Shown here: piece by piece, positions 49,115-58,621 of the stretch
How the letters are laid out: each line of letters starts with the position of its first letter
Numbering within the stretch: the stretch's first letter is position 1
NCBI GenBank assembly: GCA_965221125.1
Contig: CBDCRW010000005.1
Span: 608,001 to 672,000, forward strand
Direction: 5' to 3'
DNA: 64,000 nt
Source: Alphaproteobacteria bacterium
GTDB taxonomy: Bacteria; Pseudomonadota; Alphaproteobacteria; UBA828
Made by a program: the position numbers and the translations under genes
The notes under the pieces: model-generated
The model's database searches: none
Told to the model about the DNA's origin: nothing
The model's input: the letters and a program-made list of their open reading frames with translations, nothing else

Positions 49115-51204
49115 CAGGAACATTTTTTAGTCATGGCTGAGAGGGCGGGATGACCGAGAGCGGGCAGGCTTGGGCCGATGAAGGTCCTGGCCGAGCTTGG
49201 CTGGGCGGCTGCATGGGGTCCGCGGGGGCCGGTAGGGCTCGGTTTTCGGGCTCGCCGGGCAAAGCGATCCCGCCGCGCCGTTCGACGGCGCGTCCCGTCG
49301 CGCTCTGCGACGCGGTTACGCCCGCAGGATCATGCAGCGGGCGCGATCAGGATCGCGTCGAGAGCCTCCTGGGCGCGGGCGGCATAATGCCGGTTGGCCT
49401 CGGGCAGGAAGCGGAAGCGCCCGTCGCAGCGCACGATGGCGATGGCCGCGTTGGTCAGGCAGGAGAGATTGCGCGGCAGGTGGCGCACGTACGCCCGGCA
49501 GCGGTCTTCGTCATAGGTGAAGTCGCGCACGTAGTGCAGCCGGTTCTCGATGTGCCAGTGATTGCGGACCAGAGCCAGAAGCTCCTCGGGCCCGGCGCGG
49601 TCTGCGCCGAGCGAGGTCAGGCTCCAGGTCACCTCGACGCTGCGCTCGCCGGTCTTGAGGATCTCGCGCTCGCGTTCGATGCGCATCGCCTGGCGGCGTC
49701 CGTGAAGGTTGGCGTAGCCGTCCCATTCGGCAGCGGAGAGGTCGACGACGGCGCAGCGGCGGCGCTCGATGCGGCCATGGCCCTTGTCGACGGTTTCGTG
49801 CCAGGGCGCGTCGGAGAAGTCGATCGCCTTGAGGTCTTCGAGGATGGTCTCCTGATTGTCCTTCACCGCGGTGACCACGTAGTCGGCGCGACGCCCGAGC
49901 AGGCAGCGCGCGGTCTCGTGCTGGGCGTGCATCGCATCGAGGGTGACGGTCCGGCCTGCGAGGTCGAGACTGCTGGAGAGTTCGCGCACGGCGGGGATCT
50001 CGTTGCTCTTTCTATCGACCTCGACCTGTCCCAGGACCATGCCGGTCTTGTGCACCAGCGCCGCGACCATCATGCGCCGCCCGTCTTCGGTCTGCTTCGA
50101 GGCGCCGCGCAGGTCCTTTCCGTCCATGGCGACCGGGGCGTGCGCGCCGTCGTGCTGGCCGGTCCACCGGCCGATGGCGTTGTCCAGCGTCTCCGGCGGC
50201 AGGGCGGCGAGGATGTTGTGGAAGGTGGTGATCGCGGGCGCGGTGTAGCGCTTCTTCGAAGGGCTCCAGAACGCGCCGACCGCCTCGAGCTGCTCCTGCG
50301 AGAGCAGGGCGGCGAACTGGGCGAAGGCTGTCGAGCCCCGGTAGCCGGCAAGGCGGGCGGCGACGGCAACCGCCAGCACGGTCTTCAAGGGATAGCGCTT
50401 GCCCCGGGCATGGCGGCACTCGGGCACCTCGCCCAGGCACTCGAACAGGCTGCGCAGCCGGGGCGCCGTCATCGGCTCGCTGTGTTGCTCGGCGTTCCAG
50501 TTCGCCGGGATCTCGGCCCGGCTCAGCGCTTCGGCGGCGCCATCGCTAAGTTCGAACACGAAGACCTCCTTGGGCTGGCCGTGGTGGCGCCAGCGCGGAG
50601 CAGCTCCGGGGTCACGGGCAAAGCCGCGCGTCATCCCCAGCGAGCGCCAGTTCGACGCGCGGTAGCAGGTGCCGGCGAAGCGCGCGGGATCGACGAAGGT
50701 CTCGGCCAGGAGCGCCGGGTATCCATGCACCGCCTGGGTGTCCGCAGACAGCCGCCGCAGGCTCAGCCCCAGAACCCGCGAGGCCAGGTTGGGAACCCGC
50801 TCAGGCGTCAGGATCACGAAGCGCGAGTTGTTCGCGATCAGATGCAGGCGCCGGAACTGCTGCTCCGCCGACCAGCCGATCCAGCGGTCGCGCGCGGCCA
50901 GCTTGAACGCGCCCGGCTGCCAGCCGATCAGGGCGAGCCAGGTCTCGCCATGCACCGCGACATGGCGCAGCCCCTTGCCGACGACGCCGTGGAATCGCAG
51001 GTAGTGGTGCTCCTCCACCAGCCGGTCCCAGCGCCGGTGCTCCCGCGCGCCCCAGGTCGGGCGCACCGTGACCGCACGCAGATCAATGGACGAATCCAGG
51101 CCCGGCAACGTCGCCATGGCCGCTACACTGCCACAGCGAAAACGAAATGACCAGCGCCGCGATCACCTCACGCCGCTCGCCGGGCGGACAAAAAACGAGC
51201 CCTG
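49115..51204 (-). mobile_element. Complete ISAs1-family insertion sequence, 2,090 bp
   Basis: 10-bp direct repeat GGACGGAACC at 49105-49114 and 51205-51214; 18-bp imperfect terminal IRs beginning CAGG (12/18 match). Confidence 0.9.
49330..51117 (-). CDS. ISAs1 transposase with N-terminal DUF4338 (DruA-like) domain
   Basis: N-term HHYL, NNSRF, NLASR, ETFVD, GTCYRASNW; C-term MDGK, KSNEI, TLDAMH, VKDNQ, HGRIERR, HWHIENRLH. Confidence 0.9.
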   Translation of the reverse strand: MATLPGLDSSIDLRAVTVRPTWGAREHRRWDRLVEEHHYLRFHGVVGKGLRHVAVHGETWLALIGWQPGAFKLAARDRWIGWSAEQQFRRLHLIANNSRFVILTPERVPNLASRVLGLSLRRLSADTQAVHGYPALLAETFVDPARFAGTCYRASNWRSLGMTRGFARDPGAAPRWRHHGQPKEVFVFELSDGAAEALSRAEIPANWNAEQHSEPMTAPRLRSLFECLGEVPECRHARGKRYPLKTVLAVAVAARLAGYRGSTAFAQFAALLSQEQLEAVGAFWSPSKKRYTAPAITTFHNILAALPPETLDNAIGRWTGQHDGAHAPVAMDGKDLRGASKQTEDGRRMMVAALVHKTGMVLGQVEVDRKSNEIPAVRELSSSLDLAGRTVTLDAMHAQHETARCLLGRRADYVVTAVKDNQETILEDLKAIDFSDAPWHETVDKGHGRIERRRCAVVDLSAAEWDGYANLHGRRQAMRIEREREILKTGERSVEVTWSLTSLGADRAGPEELLALVRNHWHIENRLHYVRDFTYDEDRCRAYVRHLPRNLSCLTNAAIAIVRCDGRFRFLPEANRHYAARAQEALDAILIAPAA

Positions 51205-51291
51205 GGACGGAACCGCTGCCGCTCGACAACATCGACAATTCCGCCTAGATCACAAGCGACCAGAGCAACGCAACCAGACCGGAGGCGCGCC

Positions 51292-52296
51292 ATGCTGCAG
51301 AGGCTCCTCGTTCCCGTCCTTCTCGCCGGTGCGCTCGCCGCGCCCGCCGCCGCCGAGGAGGACTCGCGCTATTCCGAATGGCGCGCGGACGGCGCCGAGG
51401 CCGAGGGCACGGACGCGCTCGACGCGCTGGCGCGGGAGCTCGAGGCCCTGATCGACGATGCCGAGAAGGCGCGGGCGGCGGATCCGCGCTTCCTCCAGGA
51501 CCTGCGCGACATGATCGCGGCCCACGTCGCCGAGGCCGCGCCGCGCGAAGCCCTGATCCGCGACGACTTCTCGGATGGCGACTACACGGACGATCCGAGC
51601 TGGGAGGTGGTGAGCGGCGAGTTCTCGGTCGAGGGCAGGCTCGGTTTGCGCACGACGATCCCGCTGAGCGGCGCCGATGCGGAGACGATGAGGATCTCCC
51701 TCGACACCATCATGGAGACCAAGGACGAGCTGCTCGACAAGGGCGGCGCGCTGCTCGACAAGGGCAAGGACACGGTCACCGACTTGCTGAGCGGCGAGAA
51801 GACCTTTGGCGACCTCCTGGGCGGCGACGACGACGAGGAGGCGAAGGAGGACACCGGGCCGGCCGGGCCGGAGCCTGCGGTGATCGTCCTCGACGCGGAC
51901 ATCCCCAACGCCTTCGCCCTCGAGGTGGAGATGATGTCGGGGATCGCGCACAGGGACGCCCAGTTCGAGGTCGACCTGTTTCAGGGCAGAGGCGGGGCTT
52001 CGGGCTATCGCCTCGCCTACATGGCGGGCGACGATCCCGGCCTCACGCTCTCGCGCTTCAGCCGGCGGGGCGCGGAGGTGATCGGCGAGCATGACGATGC
52101 GCTCGCTCTCGAAGACGGTGAAAGCCACACGCTCGCTCTCGTGCGCGAGGGCGACGGGACGATGACCGCGACGGTCGATGGCGCCGAGCTGATCCGGGTG
52201 AAGAGCAGCGCGCTGGAGGATCCCTTCGACGGCCTCTCCCTCGTCAACGGCGGCGGCGACTACGCCATCCGCAGCATCGCGGTCTATGGCGAGTAG
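51292..52296 (+). CDS. Secreted acidic hypothetical protein
   Basis: GGAGG RBS; signal peptide ending AAA; coherent GC3-rich codon usage. Confidence 0.75.
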   Translation: MLQRLLVPVLLAGALAAPAAAEEDSRYSEWRADGAEAEGTDALDALARELEALIDDAEKARAADPRFLQDLRDMIAAHVAEAAPREALIRDDFSDGDYTDDPSWEVVSGEFSVEGRLGLRTTIPLSGADAETMRISLDTIMETKDELLDKGGALLDKGKDTVTDLLSGEKTFGDLLGGDDDEEAKEDTGPAGPEPAVIVLDADIPNAFALEVEMMSGIAHRDAQFEVDLFQGRGGASGYRLAYMAGDDPGLTLSRFSRRGAEVIGEHDDALALEDGESHTLALVREGDGTMTATVDGAELIRVKSSALEDPFDGLSLVNGGGDYAIRSIAVYGE

Positions 52297-53674
52297 TCGT
52301 TCGAGAGGGAACGCGCGGGCGGCGGTGGAGCGCTGCCTCGCGCGGATCGAACAGCTCGATCCCGTGTTCAACGCCATGATCACGACCACGGCGGAGCGGG
52401 CGCGGGAGGAGGCCGATGCCTGCGATGCCGCCGCCGCCGAGGGGCGCTGGCTCGGCCTCCTGCACGGCATGCCCGTGGCCCTCAAGGACAACATCGAGAC
52501 GGCGGGCGTGCGCACCACCAGCGGCGCCGCGTACCTCGCCGACCACATTCCCAACAGCGACGCTCCCGTGGTGGGCCGGCTGAAGGCGCAGGGCGCGGTG
52601 CTGATCGGCAAGGCCAACATGCAGGAGCTGGCCTGGGGCGTGGTCTCGACCAACCCGGTGGTGGGCCAGTGCCGCAACCCGTGGAACCCGGAGCGCATAC
52701 CGGGGGGCTCCAGCGGCGGCTCCGGGGCCGTGGTGGCGGCGGAGATGGCCGACGCCGCGCTCGGTACGGACACCGGCGGCTCGGTGCGGATTCCGGCCTC
52801 GATGACCGGCGTCGCGGGCCTGCGCCCCACCCACGGGCGCATCTCGATCCGCGGCATCACGCCGGTCAGCGTCGCGCACGACACCGTGGGCCCCATGGCG
52901 CGCACCGTGGCGGATGTCGCGCGCCTCTTCGCCGTGCTCGCCGCCTATGACCCGCTTGACCCGGTCTCGCGCGACCTGCCGCTCGAAAACTTCCTGCCCC
53001 TGCTGGATGACGGGATCGAGGGCGTGCGCATCGGCCTCGCGCGCAACTTCTTCTTCGACGAATTGGACGCGGAGGTCGAGGCCGCGGTCCGGGCCGCCGC
53101 CGGCACCCTGGAATCCCTCGGCGCTCGCCTGGTCGATGTCGCCGTCCCCGGCGCCGAGACCGCCCAGCGCTGGACCACGGTCATGGCCTACGCCGATGCC
53201 TGCGCTTATCACCGGGAACGCCTCGACGCGGGCCCCGGCGCGCTTTCTGCGCCGGTCTACGAGCGCATGATGATGGGCCGCGAGTTCAGCGCGGTGGACT
53301 ACGCCGAGGCCATGCGCGGGCGCGAGGCCTGGCGCCGCGCGCTGGCGCAGGTGTTCGAGACCGTGGACGTGCTGCTCGCGCCGACCACGCCCCGGCCGGC
53401 GCCGCCGATTGCCGACGACCGCAGCCTCCACCGTGCCACGCAGGACGCGACGCGCTTCACCTATGGCGGCGCGCTGGCGTCGATACCGGGTCTCTCGGTC
53501 CCCTGCGGCTTCTCGTCGGACGGCATGCCCATCGGCATGATGCTGGAGGCCGCCTGGGGCGCGGAGCCGCTGCTCTTCAGGGTGGGCCACGCCTATCAGC
53601 AGGCGACGGAGTGGCACCTGCGCCGCGCGCCCTGCCTTGACGAGGGGGATCGAGGCACCACCTCGAACCAATGA
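52286..53674 (+). CDS. Amidase signature family protein
   Basis: ALKDN, GGSSGGSG, GTDTGGSVRIPA. Confidence 0.93.
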   Translation: MASSRSRGNARAAVERCLARIEQLDPVFNAMITTTAERAREEADACDAAAAEGRWLGLLHGMPVALKDNIETAGVRTTSGAAYLADHIPNSDAPVVGRLKAQGAVLIGKANMQELAWGVVSTNPVVGQCRNPWNPERIPGGSSGGSGAVVAAEMADAALGTDTGGSVRIPASMTGVAGLRPTHGRISIRGITPVSVAHDTVGPMARTVADVARLFAVLAAYDPLDPVSRDLPLENFLPLLDDGIEGVRIGLARNFFFDELDAEVEAAVRAAAGTLESLGARLVDVAVPGAETAQRWTTVMAYADACAYHRERLDAGPGALSAPVYERMMMGREFSAVDYAEAMRGREAWRRALAQVFETVDVLLAPTTPRPAPPIADDRSLHRATQDATRFTYGGALASIPGLSVPCGFSSDGMPIGMMLEAAWGAEPLLFRVGHAYQQATEWHLRRAPCLDEGDRGTTSNQ

Positions 53675-54669
53675 CCGGGGTTCCCGCTGCGCCTGACCCA
53701 GCGCCGCCGGGCGAGGGACGCGATGCGGCGGCCCGCCTGATCGTCGAAGAGGCCGCCGCGCGCTACTGCGCCGCGCGGCGCGCGAAAATCGACGGCTTCG
53801 TGGATCGCAACTTCTCCCTTCTCGGCGCGCTTCGGCTGCACCGCCGGGCGCTCGGCTGGGATCTCCTGCGCTCACCGGCCAATCTGGCGCTGGCCGCACC
53901 CCACCTCGCGGCGCGGGTGAGCGCCGGGCTCGCGCGGCGCGCAGGCCTTGCGCCCGCTGCCGACTGGCTCGACAGCCGGCGCTACTTCCTGCAGACCGAC
54001 GTCGCGCGGGAGCTTGAGTGGCGCATCTACACCGAACTGCTGGAGCTTCCGTTCAGGCAGGGCGGGCGCGTCTCGGAGCGGGATGCGCTGGCGGACGAGA
54101 TCCTGCGCGACCCCCGCATCGCAGCGGGCGGCGCGGATGACCTGCGCTCGCCGGCGGAGCAGGAGGCGTTGCGCGATTGGCTCACAGGCGCGGCCAGCAC
54201 CTACGAGGGGACGCGCGTCGCCGCCGCCGATCTCACGACTGCGGCGGTGAGCGCCGGCGTCGGCGCCTTCGTCTTCAAGAAGTTCACGCCCGGCATGATG
54301 TCGCTCGGGCCCGCGACGGCGCAGGTGCTGGTGCAGAACGCGGCGATCGCGGGCTTTCCGCTCGGCAGCGGGGCGGGCGCGCTCTGGTACGGCGTCTTCC
54401 CGGCGGCGGCGCCGGCCGCGCTCGCCATCGGGCTCACCGGCGGCCTGCTCGCGGCGGGCGCGGTGGTCGGAGCCTTCTCCGGCGTCGTCACCGACCCCAT
54501 CCAGCGCCGCCTCGGCCTGCACCATCGCCGGCTCAGGCGCCTGATCGATTGCCTGGAGCGCGAGTTGACCGGCAAGGGCGACAGCCGCTTCGTGGTGCGC
54601 GATCATTACGTCGCGCGCACGCTCGACGTGATCGAGGCGCTGGGCCTCGTCTGGCGCGCCGCCCGCTAA
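53671..54669 (+). CDS. Conserved hypothetical protein (possibly DUF6635)
   Basis: ATGA-coupled to amidase; LHRRALGWDLLR and DPIQRRLGLH; family recalled from memory. Confidence 0.6.
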   Translation: MTGVPAAPDPAPPGEGRDAAARLIVEEAAARYCAARRAKIDGFVDRNFSLLGALRLHRRALGWDLLRSPANLALAAPHLAARVSAGLARRAGLAPAADWLDSRRYFLQTDVARELEWRIYTELLELPFRQGGRVSERDALADEILRDPRIAAGGADDLRSPAEQEALRDWLTGAASTYEGTRVAAADLTTAAVSAGVGAFVFKKFTPGMMSLGPATAQVLVQNAAIAGFPLGSGAGALWYGVFPAAAPAALAIGLTGGLLAAGAVVGAFSGVVTDPIQRRLGLHHRRLRRLIDCLERELTGKGDSRFVVRDHYVARTLDVIEALGLVWRAAR

Positions 54670-54687
54670 CACCCCGCAGGAGTGCCC

Positions 54688-55353
54688 ATGTCCGCCCGAC
54701 CCACCACGCTCACGGACGCGCTGCACGACTACCTTCAGGCCCTCGGCGTGCGCGAGAGCGCGGTCATGCGTCGCCTCCGCGAAGAGACCGCCCGCCACGA
54801 GATGGCGATGATGCAGATCTCGCCGGAGCAGGGCGCGCTGATGGCGCTGCTGGTTGAGCTGACCGGGGCCACGCGCGCGCTCGAGGTGGGTGTCTTCACC
54901 GGCTACAGCGCGCTGGCGGTGGCGCAGGCGATGGGCGCGGACGGCAGGCTCACGGCGCTCGACATCAGCGCGGAATACACGGATATCGCGCGGCGCTTCT
55001 GGGCCGAGGCGGGCCTCGCGGAGCGGATCGATCTCCGATTGGGAGACGCGCGGGAGAGCCTGGCGGCGCTGCGGGCGGAGGGCCTCGACGGCGCCTACGA
55101 CTTCGCCTTCATCGACGCCGACAAGTCCGGCTACGACACCTACTACGAGCACTGCCTTGCGCTCGTCCGCCCCGGCGGCCTGATCCTGATCGACAACACC
55201 TTCCACATGGGCCAGATCGCGGAGCGTGGGCGCTGGGGCAAGAACGCCCCCGTCGTCGACGCCCTGAACAGGAAGATCAAGGCGGACGAGCGGGTGACGA
55301 TGGTCATGCTGCCCATCGGCGACGGCCTCACGATCTGCCGCAAGCGAGGGTGA
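54688..55353 (+). CDS. Class I SAM-dependent O-methyltransferase (CCoAOMT-like)
   Basis: LEVGVFTGYS, FIDADK, IDN, PIGDG. Confidence 0.92.
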   Translation: MSARPTTLTDALHDYLQALGVRESAVMRRLREETARHEMAMMQISPEQGALMALLVELTGATRALEVGVFTGYSALAVAQAMGADGRLTALDISAEYTDIARRFWAEAGLAERIDLRLGDARESLAALRAEGLDGAYDFAFIDADKSGYDTYYEHCLALVRPGGLILIDNTFHMGQIAERGRWGKNAPVVDALNRKIKADERVTMVMLPIGDGLTICRKRG

Positions 55354-55421
55354 GCGGACGGGCCGCTCCTGCTTTGCTTGAGACCCCCCGTGTTCTACGT
55401 TGCGCGGCGGGAGGTGGGCGC

Positions 55422-56684
55422 ATGGACGCGAAGGCCGAAGCGCTGGCGGCCGCGGCGGCGGTGGACGAGGCGCGGCTCTGGACGCGCCAGATGGCGATGG
55501 CGGAGATCGGGGCGACCGAGAAGGGCGGGGTCAACCGTGCCGCGCTCTCGGACGAGGATCGGCGTGCCCGCAGGCTGATGGTGGAATGGGCGGGGGAGCT
55601 CGGCTTCGAGGTCGCGACCGATGGCATCGCGAACCTCTACGTCCGCCGCCCCGGCCGGCAAGCGGATGCGGCGCCCGTGGTGACGGGGAGCCACCTCGAC
55701 AGCCAGCCGCGCGGCGGCAAGTTCGACGGCGCCTACGGCGTCATCGGCGGCTTCGAGGCGCTGGAGGCCATCGCCCGCGCCGGGGTGCAGACCGAGCGGC
55801 CCATCGACCTCGTCGCCTGGACCAATGAGGAAGGCGGACGCTTCCAGCCCGGCGCCATGGGGTCCGCGGTGTTCGCCGGTGTGCTCAGTCTCGAAGACCA
55901 GCTCGGCCACGTGGACGGCGAAGGGGTGATGCTCGAAGACGCGCTCGCCGAGACGCTGGCGTCCACGCCGGGACTGCCGCAGCGCCCCTTCGGCCAGCCC
56001 TTCTCGGCCTACGTGGAGGCGCATATCGAGCAGGGCCCGCGGCTGGAGAACGAAGGCCTGACCATCGGCGCCGTGACCGGGATCCAGGGCATCTACTGGT
56101 TCGGCGTGGAGGTGCGCGGCGCGGAGGCGCACGCCGGCACCACCCCGCTCAGGGTGCGCAAGGACGCGCTCAAGGCGGCGGTCTCCATGGTGAGCGCGCT
56201 CGAAGAGCTGATGGCCGACGAGACCGACACGATCCGCTTCACCGTCGGCCGCTTCGAGTGCCATCCCGGCTCGCCCGCCACGGTGCCGAGCCGCGTCAAC
56301 TTCACCATCGACTTCCGCCACCCGGACCCGGAAGTGATCGAGCGCATCGGCTCGCAACTCGGGGCGGTCTGCGAAGCGCACGCGCGAGGCTGCGCGGTCA
56401 CGGTCGAGCCCGTCATGGAGATCGCGCCGCTGACGTTCGACCCGGCCCTGATCGACATGGTGGAGGGCTATGCCGGGACCCTCGGCCACCCTGTGATGCG
56501 GATGCCGTCCGGCGCCGGCCACGATGCAGGCCACATCAATCACCTTTGCCCCACCGGCATGATCTTCGTGCCGTGCGAGCGCGGCATCAGCCACAACGAG
56601 GCGGAGAACGCGATCCCCGCCGACCTTGCCGCCGGCGCCCGGACGCTCGCCGCCTGCCTCGTCGACCTCGCCAACCGGGACTAG
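55422..56684 (+). CDS. M20 Zn-dependent N-carbamoyl amino acid/allantoate amidohydrolase
   Basis: GSHLDS, GKFDG, NEEG, EAHIEQGP, HAGTTP, SGAGHDA, GISHN. Confidence 0.93.
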   Translation: MDAKAEALAAAAAVDEARLWTRQMAMAEIGATEKGGVNRAALSDEDRRARRLMVEWAGELGFEVATDGIANLYVRRPGRQADAAPVVTGSHLDSQPRGGKFDGAYGVIGGFEALEAIARAGVQTERPIDLVAWTNEEGGRFQPGAMGSAVFAGVLSLEDQLGHVDGEGVMLEDALAETLASTPGLPQRPFGQPFSAYVEAHIEQGPRLENEGLTIGAVTGIQGIYWFGVEVRGAEAHAGTTPLRVRKDALKAAVSMVSALEELMADETDTIRFTVGRFECHPGSPATVPSRVNFTIDFRHPDPEVIERIGSQLGAVCEAHARGCAVTVEPVMEIAPLTFDPALIDMVEGYAGTLGHPVMRMPSGAGHDAGHINHLCPTGMIFVPCERGISHNEAENAIPADLAAGARTLAACLVDLANRD

Positions 56685-56829
56685 AGCGCGTCCGACTTTG
56701 ACGGACGCGCGATAGGCCGCGACAGCGGCCCGCCGCGCATGCGGCGCCCTCGCGGAGGCGCTGGCCGCAGGCCAGCTGCCGTGAGCGAAAAATTCATAGA
56801 GCGTTTCCGTCTAGAACGGATACGCTCTA
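56682..56829. repeat. 148-bp composite element bounded by two 33-bp TA palindromes
   Basis: TAGAGCGCGTCCG...CGGACGCGCGATA (56682-56714) and TAGAGCGTTTCCGT...ACGGATACGCTCTA (56797-56829) with internal hairpins. Confidence 0.65.
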
Positions 56830-56832
56830 GCC

Positions 56833-58593
56833 ATGAGCAAGCGTCAGAGCGAGTACGCGACCTTCGACCCCGAGGCGATCGATGCGCTCCGGCCGGTGAT
56901 CCGCGGCCACAAGCACGGGATCGTCGCCGGGCACTACCTGGCGGCGCAGGCGGGCTTCGCGATCCTGGAAGCGGGCGGCAACGCCATCGACGCGGGCTGC
57001 GCCGCGGGCATCGCGCTCGGCGTCGTGCACAGCGATCTCGTCAACGTCGCGGGCGTGGCACCCATCATCCTCTACAGCGCGAAGACGCGGCAGGTCGAGA
57101 CCATCAGCGGGCTCGGCACCTGGCCTGCCGCGATGACGCCCGATCTCTTCCAGCGCGAGCACGGCGGGCACATCCCGGTGGGCCCGTTGCGCACCGTCGT
57201 GCCCAGCGCGCCGGACGCCTGGATCACCGCGCTGGAGCGCCACGGCACCATGACCTTCGGCGAGGTGGCGGAGGCGGCGATCAGGCTCGCGCGCGACGGC
57301 TTCGTCATGTACCCGTTGATGGCGAGCGTGATCGCCAAGAAGGCGGAGAACTACGCCCGCTGGCCGTCCAACGCCGCGATCTACCTGCCGGAGGGCCGAC
57401 CGCCCGCCGTCGGCGACGTCTTCGTGCAGGCCGACCTCGGGCGCTCGCTCCAGTACATGGCGGACGAGGAGCGCGCCGCCGCCGGCGGCCGTGCCGCAGG
57501 CCTCGCGGCCGCGCGCGATGCTTTCTACAAGGGCGACATCGCCGCGGCCATCGCCACGTACCATCGCGAGAACGGCGGCCTGCTCACGGCCGACGACTTG
57601 GCCTCCTTCCGCGTGGCAGTGGAGCCGCCGGAGCGGGTCTCGGTCGGCGGCATCGACGTCTATGCCTGTGGCCCGTGGTGCCAGGGGCCGACGCTGCTGC
57701 AGGCGCTCCGCCTGTTGGACATGAAGGCGCTGGCGGCGCACGGCCACAACAGCCCGGAGGCGCTGCACACGATGGCCGAGGCGCTGAAATTGGCCTTCGC
57801 GGACCGCGAGCGCTGGATCGGCGACCCCCGCTTCGTCGACGTGCCGATGGCGGCGCTGCTCTCGGACGAATACACGGAGCAGCGCCGCGCCCTCATCCGG
57901 CCCGGCGAGGCGTGGCCCGAGATGCCGCCGGCGGGCGATCCGGCCCAGGGTCTCGCGACGGCGGCCTGCGCGGAAGCGGCGGCTTCGGCCGGCCCGGCCG
58001 AGCCCGCGCACGATACCTCCTACGTCTGCACCATCGACGCAGACGGCAACGTCTTCTCGGCGACGCCGAGCGACATCTCTTTCGACTCTCCGGTGATCCC
58101 CGGCACCGGGCTCTGCGCGTCGTCGCGGGGCGCGCAGTCCTGGGCCGATCCCGCGCACACGTCTAGCGTGGCACCCGGCAAGCGGCCGAGGCTCACGCCC
58201 AACCCGGCGCTGGCCATCAAGGAGGGCGCCTTCGTCATGCCCTTCGGCACGCCGGGCGGCGACGTCCAGATCCAGGCGATGCTGCAGACCTTCGTGAATA
58301 TCGTCGCTTACGGCATGAACCCGCAGGCCGCCGTGGAGGCGCCGCGCTTCGCCACCATGAGCTTCCCCAACTCCTTCGAGCCGCACGAGTACCACCCCAA
58401 CAAGTTAGTGCTGGAGGCGCGCATTCCCGAGGCCGCCGGCGAGACGCTCGCGGCATGGGGACACGGCGTGGAATGGTGGCCGGAGTGGGCCTGGCCGGCG
58501 GGCGCCATGTGCGTGCTCGTGCAGGATCTCGCGCGGGGCACGATTTCAGGCGGCGCCGACCCGCGGCGGCCGGCCTACGGTCTCGCCTGGTAG
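56833..58593 (+). CDS. Gamma-glutamyltransferase family protein
   Basis: GGNAIDA, KLAFADR, DTS nucleophile Thr, PGKRP, GTPGG, ADPRR. Confidence 0.93.
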   Translation: MSKRQSEYATFDPEAIDALRPVIRGHKHGIVAGHYLAAQAGFAILEAGGNAIDAGCAAGIALGVVHSDLVNVAGVAPIILYSAKTRQVETISGLGTWPAAMTPDLFQREHGGHIPVGPLRTVVPSAPDAWITALERHGTMTFGEVAEAAIRLARDGFVMYPLMASVIAKKAENYARWPSNAAIYLPEGRPPAVGDVFVQADLGRSLQYMADEERAAAGGRAAGLAAARDAFYKGDIAAAIATYHRENGGLLTADDLASFRVAVEPPERVSVGGIDVYACGPWCQGPTLLQALRLLDMKALAAHGHNSPEALHTMAEALKLAFADRERWIGDPRFVDVPMAALLSDEYTEQRRALIRPGEAWPEMPPAGDPAQGLATAACAEAAASAGPAEPAHDTSYVCTIDADGNVFSATPSDISFDSPVIPGTGLCASSRGAQSWADPAHTSSVAPGKRPRLTPNPALAIKEGAFVMPFGTPGGDVQIQAMLQTFVNIVAYGMNPQAAVEAPRFATMSFPNSFEPHEYHPNKLVLEARIPEAAGETLAAWGHGVEWWPEWAWPAGAMCVLVQDLARGTISGGADPRRPAYGLAW

Positions 58594-58621
58594 GCGGCGG
58601 ATCACACAGAGGAGCAGCACC

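Noticed and set aside
49330-51117. Druantia defence system
   Set aside because: DUF4338 is fused to a transposase inside IS ends; no DruE helicase or other Dru genes present.
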